A stretch of DNA of 64,000 nucleotides, taken from the NCBI RefSeq assembly GCF_013122565.1, contig NZ_CP053258.1. One strand, given 5' to 3'. The notes beneath the pieces were generated by a model. It made no database searches. It had not been told where the DNA came from and saw only the letters and a program-made list of their open reading frames with translations. Positions 12,054 to 26,890 of the stretch are shown piece after piece. The DNA comes from Escherichia coli (lineage in GTDB: Bacteria; Pseudomonadota; Gammaproteobacteria; Enterobacterales; Enterobacteriaceae). Numbering within the stretch: position 1 is the first letter of the stretch; every line of letters begins with the position of its first letter. The position numbers were made by a program, and so were the translations under genes.

Positions 12054-14198
12054 TTACTGCTGCTGTGCAGACTGAATCGCAGTCAGCGCGATGGTGTAGA
12101 CGATATCGTCAACCAGTGCGCCACGGGACAGGTCGTTAACCGGCTTGCGCATACCCTGCAGCATCGGCCCGATGGAGATCAGGTCGGCAGAACGCTGTAC
12201 CGCTTTGTAGGTGGTGTTACCGGTGTTCAGATCCGGGAAGATGAACACGGTAGCGCGACCTGCAACCGGAGAGTTCGGCGCTTTGGATTTCGCAACGTCA
12301 GCCATTACTGCAGCGTCGTACTGCAGCGGACCGTCGATCATCAGGTCAGGACGTTTTTCCTGCGCCAGACGAGTTGCTTCGCGAACTTTTTCTACATCGC
12401 TACCTGCACCAGAAGTCCCGGTGGAGTAGGAGAGCATAGCAACGCGCGGTTCGATACCGAAGGCCGCAGCGGAATCAGCGGACTGAATCGCGATTTCTGC
12501 CAGCTGTTCTGCGGTCGGATCCGGGTTGATCGCACAGTCACCGTAAACGTAAACCTGTTCCGGCAGCAGCATGAAGAACACGGAAGATACCAGGGAGCTG
12601 CCCGGTGCAGTTTTGATCAGCTGCAGCGGCGGACGGATGGTGTTTGCGGTAGTGTGAACAGCACCGGAAACCAGACCATCAACTTCATCCTGTTCCAGCA
12701 TCAGCGTACCGAGAACCACGTTATCTTCCAGCTGTTCGCGGGCAACGGTTTCGGTCATGCCTTTGTTCTTACGCAGCTCGACCAGACGACCAACATAGCT
12801 TTCGCGAACCACTTCTGGATCAACGATTTCAATGCCTGCACCCAGTTCTACACCCTGAGACGCTGCAACACGATTGATCTCTGCCGGATTACCCAGCAGT
12901 ACGCAAGTTGCGATACCACGTTCAGCACAGATAGCGGCTGCTTTAACGGTACGCGGTTCGTCACCTTCCGGCAGAACGATACGTTTGCCCGCTTTGCGCG
13001 CAAGTTCAGTCAGCTGATAACGGAACGCTGGCGGAGACAGACGACGGCTGCGCTCAGAAGTGGCAGTCAGAGACTCGATCCAGTCAGCGTTGATGTAGTT
13101 AGCAACGTACTCCTGAACTTTCTCGATACGCTCGTGATCGTCAACCGGAACTTCCAGGTTGAAGCTCTGCAGGCTCAGAGAAGTCTGCCAGGTGTTGGTG
13201 TTCACCATAAATACCGGCAGGCCGGTAGCGAAAGCACGTTCGCACAGTTTAGAAATGCGCGCGTCCATTTCGTAGCCGCCAGTCAGCAGCAGGGCACCGA
13301 TTTCTACGCCGTTCATGGCAGCCAGGCAAGCGGCAACCAGCACGTCAGGGCGGTCTGCGGAAGTCACCAGCAGAGAACCGGCACGGAAGTGCTCCAGCAT
13401 GTGCGGAATGCTGCGTGCGCAGAAAGTGACGGATTTAACGCGGCGAGTATTGATGTCGCCTTCGTTGATGATGGTCGCATTCAGGTGGCGAGCCATATCG
13501 ATCGCACGAGTCGCGATCAGGTCAAAGCTCCACGGCACAGCGCCGAGAACCGGCAGCGGGCTGGATTCTTGCAGCTTCGCCGGATCAACATTGTTTACTT
13601 TAGCTTTGGAAGAGTCGTCGAAAATCTCAGACAGATCCGGGCGAGTACGACCCTGTTCATCAACCGGTGCGTTCAGTTTGTTAACGATAACGCCGGTGAT
13701 GTTGGTGTTTTTGGCACCGCCGAAGCTGTTGCGGGTCAGTTCGATACGCTCTTTCAGCTGTTCCGGGGTGTCAGTGCCCTGAGACATAACGAAGACGATT
13801 TCCGCATTCAGCGTTTTAGCGATTTCGTAGTTCAGAGACTGGGCAAACTGGTGCTTACGTGTCGGGACCAGACCTTCAACCAGAACGACTTCAGCGTCTT
13901 TGGTGTTAGCGTGGTAGTTTGCGACGATCTCTTCCATCAGCACATCTTTCTGATTGCTGGAAAGCAGACCTTCAACGTAACTCATTTTCAGCGGTTCAGC
14001 GGCCGTCGTGGTGGAAGAGTTCGCACGCACGATAGTGGTAGTCTGATCGGGCGCATCGCCACCGGTACGCGGCTGAGCGATAGGTTTGAAAACGCTCAGA
14101 CGAACGCCTTTGCGTTCCATTGCACGGATCACGCCAAGGCTGACGCTGGTCAGACCGACGCTGGTTCCGGTAGGGATCAGCATAATAATACGGGACAC
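12054..14198 (-). CDS. pta: Phosphate acetyltransferase (714 aa)
   Basis: Full-length Pta recognised; GTG start; immediately downstream of ackA on the same strand. Confidence 0.95.
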
Positions 14199-14244
14199 GG
14201 TTTATCCTCTTTCGTTACCGCCGATTTGGCGGGTTACAAAACAG

Positions 14245-14267
14245 CACCGCCAGCTGAGCTGGCGGTG
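14245..14267 (-). other. Palindromic hairpin in the ackA-pta intercistronic region
   Basis: CACCGCCAGCT-G-AGCTGGCGGTG with 11-bp arms; no adjacent U-run, so probably not a terminator. Confidence 0.4.
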
Positions 14268-14272
14268 TGAAA

Positions 14273-15475
14273 TCAGGCAGTCAGGCGGCTCGCGTCTTGC
14301 GCGATAACCAGTTCTTCGTTGGTTGGGATAACCACCGCAGGACGGGTACCTTCTTTGTTGATGAAACCAGATTTGCCGAAACGTGCAGCCAGGTTGCGTT
14401 CATGATCAACTTCAAAGCCCAGCACGCCCAGTTTGCCCAGAGACAGTTCACGAACCATCGCGGCATTTTCACCGATACCACCAGTGAATACAACAGCGTC
14501 CAGACGACCATCCATCAGCGCAGTGTAGGCACCGATGTATTTCGCCAAGCGGTGGCAGTAAACGTCCATTGCGCGCTTCGCGTCTTCTTTCGTCGCGTAG
14601 TTGTCTTCAACATAGCGGCAGTCGCTGGTCACTTCGGTCAGACCCAGCAGGCCAGACTCTTTGGTCAGCAGTTTGTTGATTGCGTCAACGCTCATGCCCA
14701 GGGTGTCGTGCAGGTGGAAGATGATCGCCGGATCGATATCACCAGAACGGGTACCCATGACCAGACCTTCCAGCGGGGTCAGGCCCATAGAGGTGTCAAC
14801 GCATTTACCGTTGCGGATAGCAGAAACGGAACCACCATTGCCCAGGTGGCAGGTGATGATGTTCAGTTCTTCTACCGGTTTGTTCAGCATTTTTGCCGCT
14901 TCCTGGGTTACATAGAAGTGGCTGGTGCCGTGCGCGCCGTAACGACGGATGCCGTGCTCTTTGTACAGGTTGTACGGCAGGGCATAGAGGTAAGACTCTT
15001 CCGGCATAGTCTGGTGGAACGCGGTGTCAAATACAGCAACGTTTTTGTCTTTCAGCTGCGGGAAAGATTTCAGAGCTTCTTCGATACCGATCAGGTGAGC
15101 CGGGTTGTGCAGCGGTGCAAAAGAAGCTGCATCTTTGATACCCTGAATAACAGACTCATCGATCACTACGGAGCTGGTATACTTTTCGCCGCCGTGTACG
15201 ATACGGTGACCGATAGCAGTCAGCTGCGCAGACAGTTCTGGTTTTTGTGCCAGAATAGTATTAACGATAAAGTTGAGCGCTTCGCTGTGAGCGGCGCCTG
15301 CACCTAAAGCCGCTTCCTGTTTATTGCCGTCCATTTTCCATTTGATACGTGCTTCGGGCAGGTGGAAACATTCGGCTAAACCAGAAAGGTACTCTTCACC
15401 ATTTACTGCATCGATGATGGCAAATTTCAGTGAAGAACTACCGCAGTTCAGAACCAGTACTAACTTACTCGACAT
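14273..15475 (-). CDS. ackA: Acetate kinase (400 aa)
   Basis: Full-length AckA recognised ([20 protein letters not shown]...); ackA-pta operon. Confidence 0.95.
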   Translation of the reverse strand: MSSKLVLVLNCGSSSLKFAIIDAVNGEEYLSGLAECFHLPEARIKWKMDGNKQEAALGAGAAHSEALNFIVNTILAQKPELSAQLTAIGHRIVHGGEKYTSSVVIDESVIQGIKDAASFAPLHNPAHLIGIEEALKSFPQLKDKNVAVFDTAFHQTMPEESYLYALPYNLYKEHGIRRYGAHGTSHFYVTQEAAKMLNKPVEELNIITCHLGNGGSVSAIRNGKCVDTSMGLTPLEGLVMGTRSGDIDPAIIFHLHDTLGMSVDAINKLLTKESGLLGLTEVTSDCRYVEDNYATKEDAKRAMDVYCHRLAKYIGAYTALMDGRLDAVVFTGGIGENAAMVRELSLGKLGVLGFEVDHERNLAARFGKSGFINKEGTRPAVVIPTNEELVIAQDASRLTA

Positions 15476-15812
15476 GGAAGTACCTATAATTGATACGTGG
15501 CTAAAAAAACGTCAGGGAGCCATAGAGCGTAGCGCATGATGACACCGACATTTATGATTAACATCATGCACTGCAAATTTTTTTTGCATGATGGAAGAAA
15601 TATCTTGAGTCTATGCCATTTTGCGTAATTTTCAGCCAATGGCATAATGTATATGAATTTGACGACTCAATGAATATGTACTACTTAGGCCTTCAGGCTG
15701 CTAAAGGATACCTGATAGTGGGTATGGAAGACAAAATGTTTTGAACGTTGTCCCGCTGAGTTGTGAATTTGCACAAATTTTTGAATCTTTATATGTGAAG
15801 TTGAGGTGAAGC

Positions 15813-16268
15813 ATGTCAACGCCGGATAATCGTTCTGTTAATTTTTTTAGCTTGTTTCGCCGGGGACAGCATTACTCAAAGACGTGGCCGCTGGAAAAAC
15901 GCCTTGCCCCGGTCTTTGTCGAAAATCGCGTTATCAAGATGACGCGTTATGCGATCCGTTTTATGCCGCCGATCGCCGTATTTACTCTCTGCTGGCAGAT
16001 TGCCCTGGGCGGTCAGCTTGGGCCGGCAGTTGCCACTGCGCTGTTCGCCTTAAGTTTACCCATGCAGGGATTGTGGTGGCTGGGCAAGCGTTCTGTCACG
16101 CCATTACCCCCTGCAATCCTCAACTGGTTTTATGAAGTTCGCGGTAAATTACAGGAGTCTGGACAGGTGTTGGCACCCGTTGAAGGCAAGCCTGATTACC
16201 AGGCATTAGCTGACACGCTTAAGCGTGCCTTCAAACAACTGGATAAAACTTTCCTTGATGATTTGTAA
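15813..16268 (+). CDS. yfbV: UPF0208 inner membrane protein YfbV (151 aa)
   Basis: Small membrane protein at the conserved position divergent from ackA. Confidence 0.85.
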
Positions 16269-16272
16269 TTGA

Positions 16273-16845
<573 letters not shown>

Positions 16846-16855
16846 GGAGGCCCGC

Positions 16856-17506
16856 GTGCGGTGCAAAGGTTTTCTGTTTGATCTTGATGGAACGCTGGTG
16901 GATTCCCTGCCTGCGGTAGAACGGGCGTGGAGCAACTGGGCCAGACGTCATGGGTTAGCGCCGGAAGAGGTGCTGGCTTTCATTCACGGTAAACAGGCGA
17001 TCACCTCTCTGCGCCATTTTATGGCGGGCAAATCCGAGGCAGACATTGCCGCCGAGTTTACGCGTCTGGAGCACATCGAGGCCACGGAAACCGAAGGTAT
17101 TACCGCGCTTCCCGGGGCAATCGCCTTACTCAATCATTTGAATAAAGCAGGTATTCCGTGGGCCATTGTGACTTCTGGCTCCATGCCGGTAGCGCGAGCG
17201 CGCCATAAAATAGCGGGGCTTCCCGCACCAGAGGTGTTTGTAACCGCTGAGCGAGTGAAGCGCGGAAAACCAGAACCTGATGCGTATCTGTTAGGCGCGC
17301 AGCTGCTGGGGCTTGCGCCGCAGGAGTGTGTGGTGGTGGAAGATGCTCCTGCTGGCGTGCTTTCTGGCCTGGCGGCGGGTTGCCATGTCATTGCGGTTAA
17401 CGCTCCGGCAGATACCCCACGCCTGAATGAGGTCGATTTGGTCCTCCACAGTCTGGAGCAAATTACTGTGACCAAACAGCCAAATGGCGATGTTATTATT
17501 CAGTGA
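16856..17506 (+). CDS. yfbT: HAD-family sugar-phosphate phosphatase YfbT/HxpA (216 aa)
   Basis: HAD motif I FDLDGTLVDS; GTG start 6 nt after a GAGGAGG Shine-Dalgarno. Confidence 0.85.
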   Translation: MRCKGFLFDLDGTLVDSLPAVERAWSNWARRHGLAPEEVLAFIHGKQAITSLRHFMAGKSEADIAAEFTRLEHIEATETEGITALPGAIALLNHLNKAGIPWAIVTSGSMPVARARHKIAGLPAPEVFVTAERVKRGKPEPDAYLLGAQLLGLAPQECVVVEDAPAGVLSGLAAGCHVIAVNAPADTPRLNEVDLVLHSLEQITVTKQPNGDVIIQ

Positions 17507-17525
17507 AACACCTGATCATGATTTA

Positions 17526-17549
17526 GCCCCGTCTCGTCGGGGCTTTTTT
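17526..17549 (+). terminator. Rho-independent terminator after yfbT
   Basis: Hairpin GCCCCG ... CGGGGC followed by TTTTTT. Confidence 0.65.
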
Positions 17550-17592
17550 ATGGCAGAATCAAGTCATCCCCCTCAATTAACAAGGATAAGTT

Positions 17593-19425
17593 GTGAACGG
17601 TGAATTGATTTGGGTTCTTTCATTACTGGCCGTTGCCATCGTCTTGTTTGCGACGGGCAGAGTGCGTATGGATGCGGTCGCTTTGTTTGTTATTGTCGCG
17701 TTTGCATTAAGCGGAACGCTGACGGTCCCCGAAGTATTTTCCGGCTTTTCTGATCCTAACGTTGTCCTGATTGCCGCCTTGTTTATTATTGGCGATGGTT
17801 TGGTCCGTACCGGTGTTGCCACCGTAATGGGAACATGGCTGGTCAAAGTGGCGGGCAACAGTGAAATCAAAATGTTGGTTTTGTTGATGCTGACCGTCGC
17901 GGGGCTTGGCGCGTTTATGAGTTCAACCGGCGTTGTCGCTATCTTTATTCCCGTGGTGTTAAGCGTTGCCATGCGTATGCAAACTTCGCCGTCGCGCCTG
18001 ATGATGCCGTTGAGTTTTGCCGGGCTGATAAGCGGCATGATGACGCTGGTGGCGACGCCGCCAAACCTTGTAGTCAACAGTGAATTGCTGCGTGAAGGCT
18101 ATCATGGTTTTAGTTTCTTTAGCGTAACACCTATTGGCCTGGTCGTGCTGGTGCTGGGTATTTTGTATATGTTAGTGATGCGTTTCATGCTGAAAGGGGA
18201 TACCCAGACCCCGCAGCGCGAAGGCTGGACGCGTCGAACCTTTCGCGATCTTATCCGTGAATATCGACTGACCGGGCGTGCGCGACGTCTGGCTATTCGC
18301 CCCGGATCGCCAATGATTGGTCAACGGCTGGACGATCTCAAATTACGTGAGCGTTATGGCGCTAACGTCATCGGTGTTGAACGCTGGCGGCGTTTTCGTC
18401 GCGTTATCGTGAACGTTAATGGGGTTTCTGAATTTCGCGCGCGTGACGTTTTGCTTATTGATATGTCTGCGGCTGATGTCGATCTCCGGCAATTTTGTAG
18501 TGAGCAATTGCTGGAGCCGATGGTACTGCGCGGCGAGTATTTTTCTGACCAGGCCCTTGATGTGGGTATGGCAGAGATTTCATTAATTCCTGAGTCAGAA
18601 CTGATTGGTAAATCGGTGCGCGAAATTGGTTTTCGTACCCGCTACGGACTGAATGTGGTGGGGCTAAAGCGCAATGGCGTGGCGCTGGAAGGTTCGCTGG
18701 CGGATGAGCCTCTGCTGCTGGGCGATATCATCCTGGTTGTGGGTAACTGGAAACTGATCGGTATGCTGGCCAAACAGGGCCGCGACTTCGTAGCGCTGAA
18801 CTTACCGGAAGAGGTGAGTGAAGCATCGCCCGCGCACAGCCAGGCCCCCCATGCCATTTTCTGTCTGGTGCTAATGGTGGCGTTAATGCTGACCGATGAA
18901 ATTCCTAATCCTGTTGCCGCTATCATCGCCTGCCTGCTGATGGGGAAATTCCGCTGTATAGATGCTGAAAGCGCCTATAAATCCATTCACTGGCCGAGCA
19001 TTATTTTGATCGTTGGGATGATGCCGTTTGCTGTGGCATTACAGAAAACGGGAGGTGTCGCGCTGGCGGTGAAAGGGCTGATGGACATTGGCGGCGGTTA
19101 CGGGCCACATATGATGCTGGGTTGTTTGTTTGTCTTGTCGGCGGTTATTGGGCTGTTTATCTCTAATACCGCGACGGCGGTGTTGATGGCTCCGATTGCG
19201 CTGGCTGCTGCCAAAACGATGGGTGTGTCGCCTTATCCGTTCGCGATGGTCGTGGCGATGGCAGCATCCGCCGCCTTTATGACGCCGGTTTCTTCACCTG
19301 TTAACACACTGGTTTTAGGTCCGGGAAATTACAGCTTCAGTGACTTTGTGAAGTTGGGGGTACCGTTCACCATTATCGTGATGGCGGTTTGTGTGGTGAT
19401 GATCCCGATGCTGTTTCCGTTTTGA
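17593..19425 (+). CDS. yfbS: Putative anion transporter YfbS with central cytoplasmic regulatory domains (610 aa)
   Basis: Hydrophobic N- and C-terminal halves flanking a soluble central region; GTG start. Confidence 0.85.
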
Positions 19426-19430
19426 CAAGA

Positions 19431-19483
19431 GTCTGATGTCGCATCCGGCACTTATTGCCTGATGCGACGCAGACTCCGGATGC
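19431..19483. repeat. REP-like palindromic element between convergent yfbS and yfbR
   Basis: GCATCCGGCA ... GCCTGATGCGACGC ... TCCGGATGC, hallmarks of REP sequences. Confidence 0.5.
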
Positions 19484-20083
19484 TTACAGCGGTGAATCCT
19501 GGCTAATCTCATCGAGCGAAAGATGGAAGCTGGGAACAAATACTTCCATGAAGTAGTCCATCTCCTGGCTGCGACGCGCTTCAAGCGTCGCTTCCAGTCG
19601 CGTTTTTGCCAGCAAGAATTCATTATTTCCGGCCGCGAGTTCTTCCAGACATTTCAGATATGCACACAGTGCATCTGCCTGTTTCACCAGCGATTTTTCT
19701 TCATCGCTATATGCATGCTCGTCAATTAACGGCGCAAAGATATCCTGCAGCTCTTCCGGAACCATATCGACCAGTTTTTGCTGAGCGATTTTTTCAATAG
19801 CCTTGTACTCCTGAGCGATTTGCGAATTGAAGTATTTCACCGGAGTAGGGAGATCGCCGGTGAGCACTTCTGAGGCATCGTGGTACATCGCCAGTAAAGC
19901 GATACGTTCGGCGTTGACATTACCGCCAAATTTACGATTTTTGATAGCGGCCAGCGCATGGGCGACCATCGCTACCTGCAAACTGTGTTCGGACACATTT
20001 TCCGTCCGCACGTTGCGCATTAGCGGCCAGCGGTTAATGAGTTTCAGGCGGGAGAGATGGGCAAAAAAATGGCTCTGTTTCAT
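19484..20083 (-). CDS. yfbR: 5'-deoxynucleotidase YfbR, HD domain (199 aa)
   Basis: HD-domain signature ([12 protein letters not shown] ... [11 protein letters not shown]). Confidence 0.85.
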   Translation of the reverse strand: MKQSHFFAHLSRLKLINRWPLMRNVRTENVSEHSLQVAMVAHALAAIKNRKFGGNVNAERIALLAMYHDASEVLTGDLPTPVKYFNSQIAQEYKAIEKIAQQKLVDMVPEELQDIFAPLIDEHAYSDEEKSLVKQADALCAYLKCLEELAAGNNEFLLAKTRLEATLEARRSQEMDYFMEVFVPSFHLSLDEISQDSPL

Positions 20084-20166
20084 AGTGACCTTACGTATGA
20101 TGACATCATCAGGTCATTGTGGCGGCATAACACTGCCGGATGCAATCTCCGGCAGTGAAATTAAGA

Positions 20167-21384
20167 TTACAGCTGATGATAACCAGAAAGGAAACGCGCG
20201 AACTTGCTCAAAGACAGCTCGATATCATCGACACGCGGTAGCGTGACAATGCGGAAGTGATCCGGCCACGGCCAGTTGAATGCCGTCCCTTGCACCAACA
20301 GAACTTTTTCCTGCAACAGGAAATCCAACACCATTTTCTGATCGTCGTGAATGTTAAAGCGTTTGGCGTCGATTTTCGGGAACATATACAGCGCACCACG
20401 AGGTTTCACGCAGGAAACGCCCGGAATATCGTTGATCAATTCCCATGCGCGGTTACGCTGCTCATAAAGACGACCGCCAGGGGTAATAAATTCACTGATG
20501 CTCTGATAACCACCCAGCGCGGTCTGAATGGCGTGTTGCGCAGGAACGTTAGCACACAGGCGCATTGAAGCCAGCATTTCCAGACCTTCGATGTAGCCTT
20601 TGGCGTGTTTTTTCGGCCCGTTCAACACCATCCACCCCTGACGGAAGCCTGCAACGCGGTACGTTTTCGACAGGCCGTTAAAGGTAATGGTCAGCAGGTC
20701 AGGTGCCAACGGCGCAATTGAGTGATGCTCAGCGTCGTCGTAGAGAATTTTGTCATAAATTTCATCGGCGAAGATAATGAGATTATGCTGACGTGCAATC
20801 TCCACAATCTCCATTAAAAGCTCTTTGGAATATACCGCGCCGGTTGGGTTATTTGGGTTGATAATAACAATCCCACGCGTACGAGGCGTAATTTTAGCGC
20901 GAATATCATCGAGGTCCGGGAACCAGTCAGAGGATTCATCGCAAAGATAATGTACTGCTTTACCGCTGGAGAGCGAAACCGCCGCGGTCCATAGTGGGTA
21001 ATCAGGTGCAGGAACTAACATTTCGTCCCCGCTGTTCAGCAATGCCTGCATTGCCTGAACGATAAGCTCCGATACACCATTGCCGATGTAAATATCTTCC
21101 ACGGTAACATCACGCATGCCACGAGCCTGGTAGTGCTGCATGATGGCTTTACGCGCGGAGTAAAGCCCTTTGGAATCGCAATACCCTTGAGCGGTAGGCA
21201 GGTTGCGTATCACATCAACGAGGATTTCATCTGGCGCGTCAAAACCGAATGGGGCTGGGTTGCCGATGTTCAGTTTCAGTACCTTGTTACCTTCTTCTTC
21301 CAGGCGTTTTGCTTCTTTCAGCACCGGACCACGGATGTCATAACAGACATTCTCTAATTTGCTGGATTTTTCAATGGGGGACAT
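20167..21384 (-). CDS. alaA: Glutamate-pyruvate aminotransferase AlaA (405 aa)
   Basis: Class I PLP aminotransferase with the lysine motif SKTYRVAGFR; conserved locus. Confidence 0.9.
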   Translation of the reverse strand: MSPIEKSSKLENVCYDIRGPVLKEAKRLEEEGNKVLKLNIGNPAPFGFDAPDEILVDVIRNLPTAQGYCDSKGLYSARKAIMQHYQARGMRDVTVEDIYIGNGVSELIVQAMQALLNSGDEMLVPAPDYPLWTAAVSLSSGKAVHYLCDESSDWFPDLDDIRAKITPRTRGIVIINPNNPTGAVYSKELLMEIVEIARQHNLIIFADEIYDKILYDDAEHHSIAPLAPDLLTITFNGLSKTYRVAGFRQGWMVLNGPKKHAKGYIEGLEMLASMRLCANVPAQHAIQTALGGYQSISEFITPGGRLYEQRNRAWELINDIPGVSCVKPRGALYMFPKIDAKRFNIHDDQKMVLDFLLQEKVLLVQGTAFNWPWPDHFRIVTLPRVDDIELSLSKFARFLSGYHQL

Positions 21385-23241
<1,857 letters not shown>

Positions 23242-23285
23242 TCGACGAACCATAGATAATTCCTGGAACAATAGTGTAAAAACGA

Positions 23286-23323
23286 GCCGCTGGGGGTGTT
23301 TTATACCCCAGCGGCTTTTTTTT
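23286..23323 (+). terminator. Rho-independent terminator after lrhA
   Basis: Hairpin GCCGCTGGGG ... CCCCAGCGGC followed by eight T. Confidence 0.7.
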
Positions 23324-23870
23324 AGTAAAAATCCTTCCTCGCATAGTGCAGAACGTACAAAACTGTTCATTTTTCAATCACCAGAGATTCACACCCCGTA
23401 CGCACAAATAATCGCTTGAAAAAAATCACCTGCTACAATGATGTTAAAAAATACGTAAATTTGTTGCTGCGTTTTTGTTATGGAATGACAAAAGCGTGTC
23501 ACAGATCAAGAAAATACTCTCTTTTGGGGGGAGGAATCGACACAAATTCCTGTCAAAATAGACCCGTATTTTTTCCATTGCTTCACAACGGACACGATTC
23601 AACAACATCTAATTATCCTGGAGTCGTCAAGGATCTGGGATGAAAGGGCATTAAATGCTAATGCTGTTGATATTATGTAAACTAATGTGAAGAAACTTTT
23701 GTTAAAGTTGACAAAAGGTTATAGAAAGGAGTAAAAGACCACATCAATTAGCTGTATAAAAGAGTTTCTACAGTAATTGTAAGGTTTTTTTTATTCCTCC
23801 CCATGAATCGATGTGGCGTCCATCTGCCGTGAAGAGCAGTGAATCTGGCGCTACTTTTGATGAGTAAGCA
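23324..23870 (+). promoter_or_regulatory. nuo operon promoter and leader region
   Basis: Long AT-rich non-coding region upstream of nuoA; this operon is known to have a complex multi-factor promoter. Confidence 0.55.
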
Positions 23871-24314
23871 ATGAGTATGTCAACATCCACTGAAGTCATC
23901 GCTCATCACTGGGCATTCGCTATCTTTCTTATCGTTGCCATTGGCCTGTGTTGCCTGATGCTGGTAGGCGGTTGGTTTTTAGGCGGTCGCGCACGCGCGA
24001 GGTCGAAAAACGTGCCGTTTGAATCCGGTATCGACTCGGTCGGCTCCGCCCGCTTACGCCTGTCCGCCAAGTTTTATCTGGTGGCCATGTTCTTCGTTAT
24101 CTTCGACGTTGAAGCGCTGTATCTGTTCGCATGGTCAACCTCTATCCGCGAAAGCGGCTGGGTAGGCTTTGTGGAAGCTGCAATTTTTATTTTTGTGTTA
24201 CTGGCAGGTCTGGTTTATCTGGTGCGTATTGGCGCGCTGGACTGGACGCCCGCGCGTTCACGCCGCGAGCGTATGAACCCGGAAACGAACAGTATCGCTA
24301 ATCGTCAACGCTAA
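23871..24314 (+). CDS. nuoA: NADH:quinone oxidoreductase subunit A (147 aa)
   Basis: First gene of the 13-gene nuo operon; membrane subunit. Confidence 0.95.
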
Positions 24315-24329
24315 CCGCGAGGCATTAAG

Positions 24330-24992
24330 ATGGATTATACGCTCACCCGCATAGATCCCAACGGTGAGAACGACCGTTACCCCCTGCAAAAGCAGGAGAT
24401 CGTAACCGACCCTCTGGAGCAAGAAGTTAACAAAAACGTGTTTATGGGCAAGCTCAATGACATGGTTAACTGGGGTCGTAAAAACTCAATTTGGCCGTAT
24501 AACTTCGGTCTTTCCTGCTGTTACGTTGAGATGGTGACTTCGTTTACCGCGGTGCATGACGTGGCGCGTTTTGGCGCAGAAGTATTGCGTGCTTCGCCGC
24601 GTCAGGCTGACCTGATGGTCGTTGCAGGAACCTGCTTTACCAAAATGGCACCGGTTATTCAGCGTCTGTATGACCAGATGCTGGAACCAAAATGGGTTAT
24701 CTCAATGGGTGCCTGTGCCAACTCTGGTGGTATGTACGATATTTATTCCGTTGTGCAGGGCGTCGATAAATTCATCCCGGTTGATGTGTATATCCCGGGC
24801 TGCCCGCCGCGTCCTGAAGCGTACATGCAGGCACTGATGCTGTTGCAGGAATCCATCGGCAAAGAACGTCGTCCGCTCTCCTGGGTGGTTGGCGATCAGG
24901 GCGTTTATCGCGCCAATATGCAATCAGAGCGCGAACGCAAGCGCGGTGAACGCATTGCCGTAACCAACCTGCGTACACCTGACGAGATTTAA
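24330..24992 (+). CDS. nuoB: NADH:quinone oxidoreductase subunit B (220 aa)
   Basis: Cysteine motifs for the N2 Fe-S cluster (CCYVEM, GCPP). Confidence 0.95.
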
Positions 24993-25085
24993 TTTGCGCC
25001 TGTCGGCAAAGGGATTTTTCTTCGCTTATTCCTAAATCTATTTCGCGAAGCTTACTGCGCCGACAGTCACCACGGACCATTTGCA

Positions 25086-26888
25086 ATGGTGAACAATATG
25101 ACCGACTTAACCGCGCAAGAACCCGCCTGGCAGACCCGCGATCATCTTGATGATCCGGTGATTGGCGAACTGCGCAACCGTTTTGGGCCGGATGCCTTTA
25201 CTGTTCAGGCGACTCGCACCGGGGTTCCCGTTGTGTGGATCAAGCGTGAACAATTACTGGAAGTTGGCGATTTCTTAAAGAAACTGCCGAAACCTTACGT
25301 CATGCTGTTTGACTTACACGGCATGGACGAACGTCTGCGCACACACCGCGAAGGGTTACCTGCCGCGGATTTTTCCGTTTTCTACCATCTGATTTCTATC
25401 GATCGTAACCGCGACATCATGCTGAAGGTGGCGCTGGCAGAAAACGACCTGCACGTACCGACCTTCACCAAACTGTTCCCGAACGCTAACTGGTATGAGC
25501 GTGAGACCTGGGATCTGTTTGGCATTACTTTCGACGGTCACCCGAACCTGCGCCGCATCATGATGCCGCAAACCTGGAAAGGTCACCCGCTGCGTAAAGA
25601 TTACCCGGCGCGCGCTACCGAATTCTCGCCGTTTGAGCTGACTAAAGCCAAACAGGATCTGGAGATGGAAGCCCTGACCTTCAAACCGGAAGAGTGGGGG
25701 ATGAAGCGCGGCACCGAAAACGAGGACTTCATGTTCCTCAACCTCGGCCCGAACCACCCGTCGGCGCACGGGGCTTTCCGTATCGTTTTACAACTCGACG
25801 GCGAAGAGATTGTCGACTGCGTACCAGACATCGGCTACCACCACCGTGGTGCGGAGAAAATGGGCGAGCGCCAGTCCTGGCACAGCTACATTCCGTATAC
25901 CGACCGTATCGAATACCTCGGCGGCTGCGTTAACGAAATGCCTTACGTGCTGGCGGTAGAGAAACTGGCCGGGATCACCGTGCCGGATCGCGTTAACGTC
26001 ATTCGCGTTATGCTCTCCGAACTGTTCCGTATCAACAGCCACCTGCTGTACATCTCGACCTTTATTCAGGACGTCGGCGCAATGACGCCAGTGTTCTTCG
26101 CCTTTACCGATCGTCAGAAAATTTACGATCTGGTGGAAGCGATCACGGGTTTCCGTATGCACCCGGCGTGGTTCCGTATTGGCGGCGTAGCGCACGACCT
26201 GCCGCGCGGCTGGGATCGTCTGCTGCGTGAGTTCCTCGACTGGATGCCGAAACGTCTGGCGTCTTACGAGAAAGCGGCGCTGCAAAACACCATTCTGAAA
26301 GGTCGTTCCCAGGGCGTTGCCGCCTATGGCGCGAAAGAGGCGCTGGAGTGGGGCACCACTGGCGCGGGCCTGCGTGCTACCGGGATCGACTTCGACGTGC
26401 GTAAGGCGCGTCCTTATTCTGGCTATGAAAACTTCGACTTTGAAATCCCGGTGGGTGGTGGCGTTTCTGACTGCTACACCCGCGTAATGCTGAAAGTGGA
26501 AGAGCTGCGCCAGAGTCTGCGCATTCTTGAGCAGTGCCTCAACAACATGCCGGAAGGCCCGTTCAAAGCGGATCACCCGCTGACCACGCCGCCGCCGAAA
26601 GAGCGCACGCTGCAACATATCGAAACCCTGATCACCCACTTCCTGCAAGTGTCGTGGGGTCCGGTGATGCCTGCCAATGAATCCTTCCAGATGATTGAGG
26701 CGACCAAAGGGATCAACAGTTACTACCTGACCAGCGACGGCAGCACCATGAGTTACCGCACCCGTGTTCGTACCCCGAGCTTTGCGCATTTGCAGCAAAT
26801 TCCGGCGGCGATCCGCGGCAGCCTGGTGTCTGACCTGATTGTTTATCTGGGCAGTATCGATTTTGTTATGTCAGATGTGGACCGCTAA
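25086..26888 (+). CDS. nuoC: NADH:quinone oxidoreductase fused subunit C/D (600 aa from this ATG)
   Basis: Fused NuoCD as in E. coli; a second in-frame ATG at 25098 (MTDLTAQ...) would give 596 aa. Confidence 0.9.
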
Positions 26889-26890
26889 TT

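Noticed and set aside
12042-14270. 742-aa ORF on the plus strand fully overlapping pta
   Set aside because: Antisense shadow ORF of a GC-rich, codon-biased gene; the low-complexity Arg/Val/Gln-rich translation looks nothing like a real protein, and the pta assignment on the minus strand is unambiguous.
14267-15307. 346-aa plus-strand ORF overlapping ackA
   Set aside because: Same antisense shadow-ORF artefact opposite a well-recognised gene.
25788-26798. 336-aa minus-strand ORF inside nuoC
   Set aside because: Antisense shadow ORF; Arg/His-rich low-complexity translation; nuoC is clearly on the plus strand.
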